DNA of 32,000 nucleotides from positions 900,001-932,000 of the forward strand of contig NZ_RSDW01000001.1 in the NCBI RefSeq assembly GCF_003945235.1, in the 5' to 3' direction. Numbering within the stretch: the stretch's first letter is position 1; each line of letters begins with the position of its first letter. Below are positions 30,025-32,000 of the stretch, piece after piece. The notes beneath the pieces were generated by a model. The model saw only the letters and a program-made list of their open reading frames with translations. It searched no databases and was not told the origin of the DNA. The position numbers and the translations under genes are program-made. This stretch comes from Edaphobacter aggregans. GTDB taxonomy: Bacteria > Acidobacteriota > Terriglobia > Terriglobales > Acidobacteriaceae.

Positions 30025-31239
30025 ATGCCCAGCACACGCCGGACATTCTGCTCTCAAGCAGCTTCACTCCTGATCGCCCCCCGCCTTCTCCTGTCTCAGA
30101 CACCATCCTCCCCAACAAAATCCACGGCACGCCCCGACGTTGCCGCCATTGACCACGACCGCATCCTTCACGCCGCAGACGACTATCTCAAGCAGCCCCC
30201 CGTTCCCCTCACCGAGCTCTCCTCGCCACGCAGTCCCGGCACACCACACGACTTCTTCTCCGAAGCCGAAAACTACTGGCCCGACCCAGCCGACTCCAAC
30301 AACCCTTACATCCCTCGCGTCGGCCAACCCAACCCCGACGCCTTCACTGCCCATCGCGACGCGCTCCTCAACCTCAGCCTCTACGTCCCCGCGCTCACCG
30401 CCGCCTTCGTCCTCACCAAAGACGACCGCTACGCCAAACACGCCGTCGCCCATCTCCACGCATGGTTCATTGACCCCGCCACCAGCATGACCCCGAGCCT
30501 CCTCTACGCGCAGGTTATCCAGCCAGCGAAAACCGGCCGCCCCGAAGGCGTCGTCGAAGCCGTCCATCTAGCCGAAGTCGCGCAATCCCTTCCCTTCCTC
30601 TCCATCTCGGAAGCCCTCTCCGACACCGACCTCGTCACCATCCAAAAATGGTTCGCTGACTACTTCGACTGGCTCACCACGTCCCGCCTCGCCGGCCTCG
30701 CCCGCGACACCCGAGACCACAACGGCAGTTCCTGGCTACTGCAAGCTGCCGCCTGCGCCCACCTCAACACCAAAGACGACCGCCCCCTCACCGCTCTCCG
30801 TCACCAGTTCAGATCCACCACCCTCCGAGCCCAGATCTCCGGCGAAGGCACCTTCCCCCGCGAGCTAACCACACCCACACCCTATCGACTCTCTCTCTTC
30901 AACCTTGATATGCTCGCCGCCGTCTGCGATCTACTCTCCACCCGTTTCGAAAGCGTCTGGGAGTACGAGCTCCAGGACGGCCCAAGCATGCGCGTCGCCA
31001 TCGCACGCCATTTCCCCTTCATCCTCCATCGCGGAGCGTGGCCCTACAAAGCCGACGCCACTCTCTTCAGTGCCCTGCCTCTCCGCCAGCCCAGCCTTCT
31101 GCTCGCCGCCCGCGCGTACAACCGCCCCGAATACGCAGACCTATGGCGCACCCTACCGCCCGATCCCACCGTCCCCGAACTCCAGCGAACCTTTCCCATC
31201 CGCCAGCCCTTACTCTGGGTCACCCGCCCTCACCCATAG
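30025..31239 (+). CDS. alginate-lyase-family (PF05426-like) polysaccharide lyase with a Tat-type signal
   Basis: The N-terminus is MPSTRRTFCSQAASLLIAP. The alpha-helical protein contains ...AHLHAWFIDP...RDHNGSSWLLQAAA..., resembling alginate lyase (alpha/alpha) barrel proteins. The substrate is unknown. Confidence 0.7.
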   Translation: MPSTRRTFCSQAASLLIAPRLLLSQTPSSPTKSTARPDVAAIDHDRILHAADDYLKQPPVPLTELSSPRSPGTPHDFFSEAENYWPDPADSNNPYIPRVGQPNPDAFTAHRDALLNLSLYVPALTAAFVLTKDDRYAKHAVAHLHAWFIDPATSMTPSLLYAQVIQPAKTGRPEGVVEAVHLAEVAQSLPFLSISEALSDTDLVTIQKWFADYFDWLTTSRLAGLARDTRDHNGSSWLLQAAACAHLNTKDDRPLTALRHQFRSTTLRAQISGEGTFPRELTTPTPYRLSLFNLDMLAAVCDLLSTRFESVWEYELQDGPSMRVAIARHFPFILHRGAWPYKADATLFSALPLRQPSLLLAARAYNRPEYADLWRTLPPDPTVPELQRTFPIRQPLLWVTRPHP

Positions 31240-31250
31240 CGCGACGATCA

Positions 31251-31294
31251 AAAGAACAACGGCGAGACCAAAGTCCCGCCGCATCTTTCTACTT
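31251..31294. terminator. bidirectional terminator candidate, near-copy of the one at 12324-12362
   Basis: CGGCGAGAC-CAAA-GTCCCGCCG (31260-31281) pairs at 8 of 9 positions. It is flanked by AAAGAACAA and CATCTTTCTACTT, and lies between the lyase stop at 31239 and the eda stop at 31313. Confidence 0.55.
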
Positions 31295-31312
31295 CAGACT
31301 TCATCAACGAGC

Positions 31313-31972
31313 CTAAGCAGCCCCCTTCGACTGAAACTCCTTCACAATCGCCAGATACTTCTTAGCGCTCTCGGTCACGACTTCGGGCTTACCCTCCGCC
31401 ATGGCCTTCGCATTCACCAGATCTGCACCCACACCAAGTGCAAACGCACCAGCCTGCAGGAACTCCGCTGCAGTAGCCAGCGAAACCCCGCCCGTCGGAA
31501 TCATCTCAACATGTGGCAGCGGAGCTTTCAGAGTCGAAATATACTTCGCACCTCCCATCGCGCTAGCTGGGAATACCTTCACTACATCCGCGCCCGCCTG
31601 CCACGCCGTGACAATCTCCGTAGGAGTCAACGCACCCGGCAAAACAGCAATCGAATACCGATGGCACATCTCAATCGTCTGCAGATTCAGCGCCGGACTC
31701 ACTACAAACTTCGCGCCCTCCAGAATGCACATCCGCGCCGTCTCCGCATCCAGCACCGTACCCGCGCCAATCAGAATATCCGGCCGCTGTTCTGCCAGCT
31801 TCCGCATCACCTGAATCGCGCCCGGCACCGTCATCGTGATCTCGAGCACCGTCACGCCACCGGCGGCAATCGCCTCAGCCAGCGCCAGCGCCTTATCCAC
31901 CGACTCCGCACGCAGCACCGGAACCAGCCCAATCTCCTTCAGCGACTTCAATACAGCAACCTTCTCCATCAT
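31313..31972 (-). CDS. eda: KDPG / 4-hydroxy-2-oxoglutarate aldolase
   Basis: The 219-aa protein contains ...GLVPVLR...GGVTVLEITMTVPGA...IGAGTVLD...GAKFVVSP...LPGALTPTEI...VKVFPA...IPTGGV.... These are classic Eda motifs, including the VKVFP lysine. AGGAGA lies upstream of the ATG. Confidence 0.9.
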   Translation of the reverse strand: MMEKVAVLKSLKEIGLVPVLRAESVDKALALAEAIAAGGVTVLEITMTVPGAIQVMRKLAEQRPDILIGAGTVLDAETARMCILEGAKFVVSPALNLQTIEMCHRYSIAVLPGALTPTEIVTAWQAGADVVKVFPASAMGGAKYISTLKAPLPHVEMIPTGGVSLATAAEFLQAGAFALGVGADLVNAKAMAEGKPEVVTESAKKYLAIVKEFQSKGAA

Positions 31973-32000
31973 CTCTCCTATTCCCTACTCCCTATTCCCT

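Noticed and set aside
31973-32000. A pyrimidine-rich direct repeat, TCTCCTATTCCCTACTCCCTATTCCCT, at the window edge.
   Set aside because: On the - strand this is the purine-rich SD region upstream of eda (AGGGAATAGGGAGTAGGGAATAGGAGAGA-ATG). The window ends here, so any larger repeat cannot be evaluated.
1-32000. A search for mobile elements, integrases, toxin-antitoxin pairs, restriction-modification or other defence-type genes.
   Set aside because: I recognised no transposase, recombinase, helicase/nuclease defence signature or terminal inverted repeats flanking a gene block. The only nuclease is a secreted S1/P1-type enzyme.

Overview
The window is chromosomal, with about 60% GC in coding sequence by hand spot counts. 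I find about 29 protein-coding genes on both strands. I see no rRNA, tRNA, CRISPR array, transposase or integrase. All product calls rest on motif recognition from memory, because no database search was possible. The gene content (TonB-dependent receptor with a CarboxypepD_reg-like N-domain, many small secreted proteins, REP-like hairpins) suggests a soil Acidobacteriota-like genome, but this is inference only.

Contents in order:
- Dispersed nucleoside-salvage genes: deoA 3' end, nupC, a PNP, udk.
- Three genes for small secreted proteins of unknown function.
- A translationally coupled pair: a cytoplasmic BNR/Asp-box propeller and a MoaD/ThiS-like protein.
- An MBL hydrolase fused to two rhodanese domains.
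- An ornithine-lipid-like aminolipid cluster: PlsC-like, OlsB-like GNAT, PlsC-like, and a divergent DUF2062 gene. The GNAT gene is broken by a short frame excursion.
- pncB followed by a secreted S1/P1 nuclease.
- A VOC-PP2C phosphatase fusion.
- A deoxyhypusine-synthase-like gene.
- A phosphorelay: sensor-less hybrid kinase with two receiver domains, a CheY-like regulator, and an Hpt protein.
- A carbohydrate-flavoured region: GH105 fusion, pgm, TonB-dependent receptor, DUF3303, alginate-lyase-like protein, eda.

The most unusual object is a roughly 940-966 aa secreted protein at 22277-25177 on the - strand. It has a DNRLRE-like N-domain, then seven collagen Gly-X-Y tracts alternating with six aromatic modules of about 50 aa that look like CBM5/12, and a tail-fibre/BclA-like C-terminus.

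Other notable observations are a strong C>G asymmetry on the + strand that is independent of gene orientation, an unlisted 36-aa membrane ORF, and several families of intergenic hairpin repeats.
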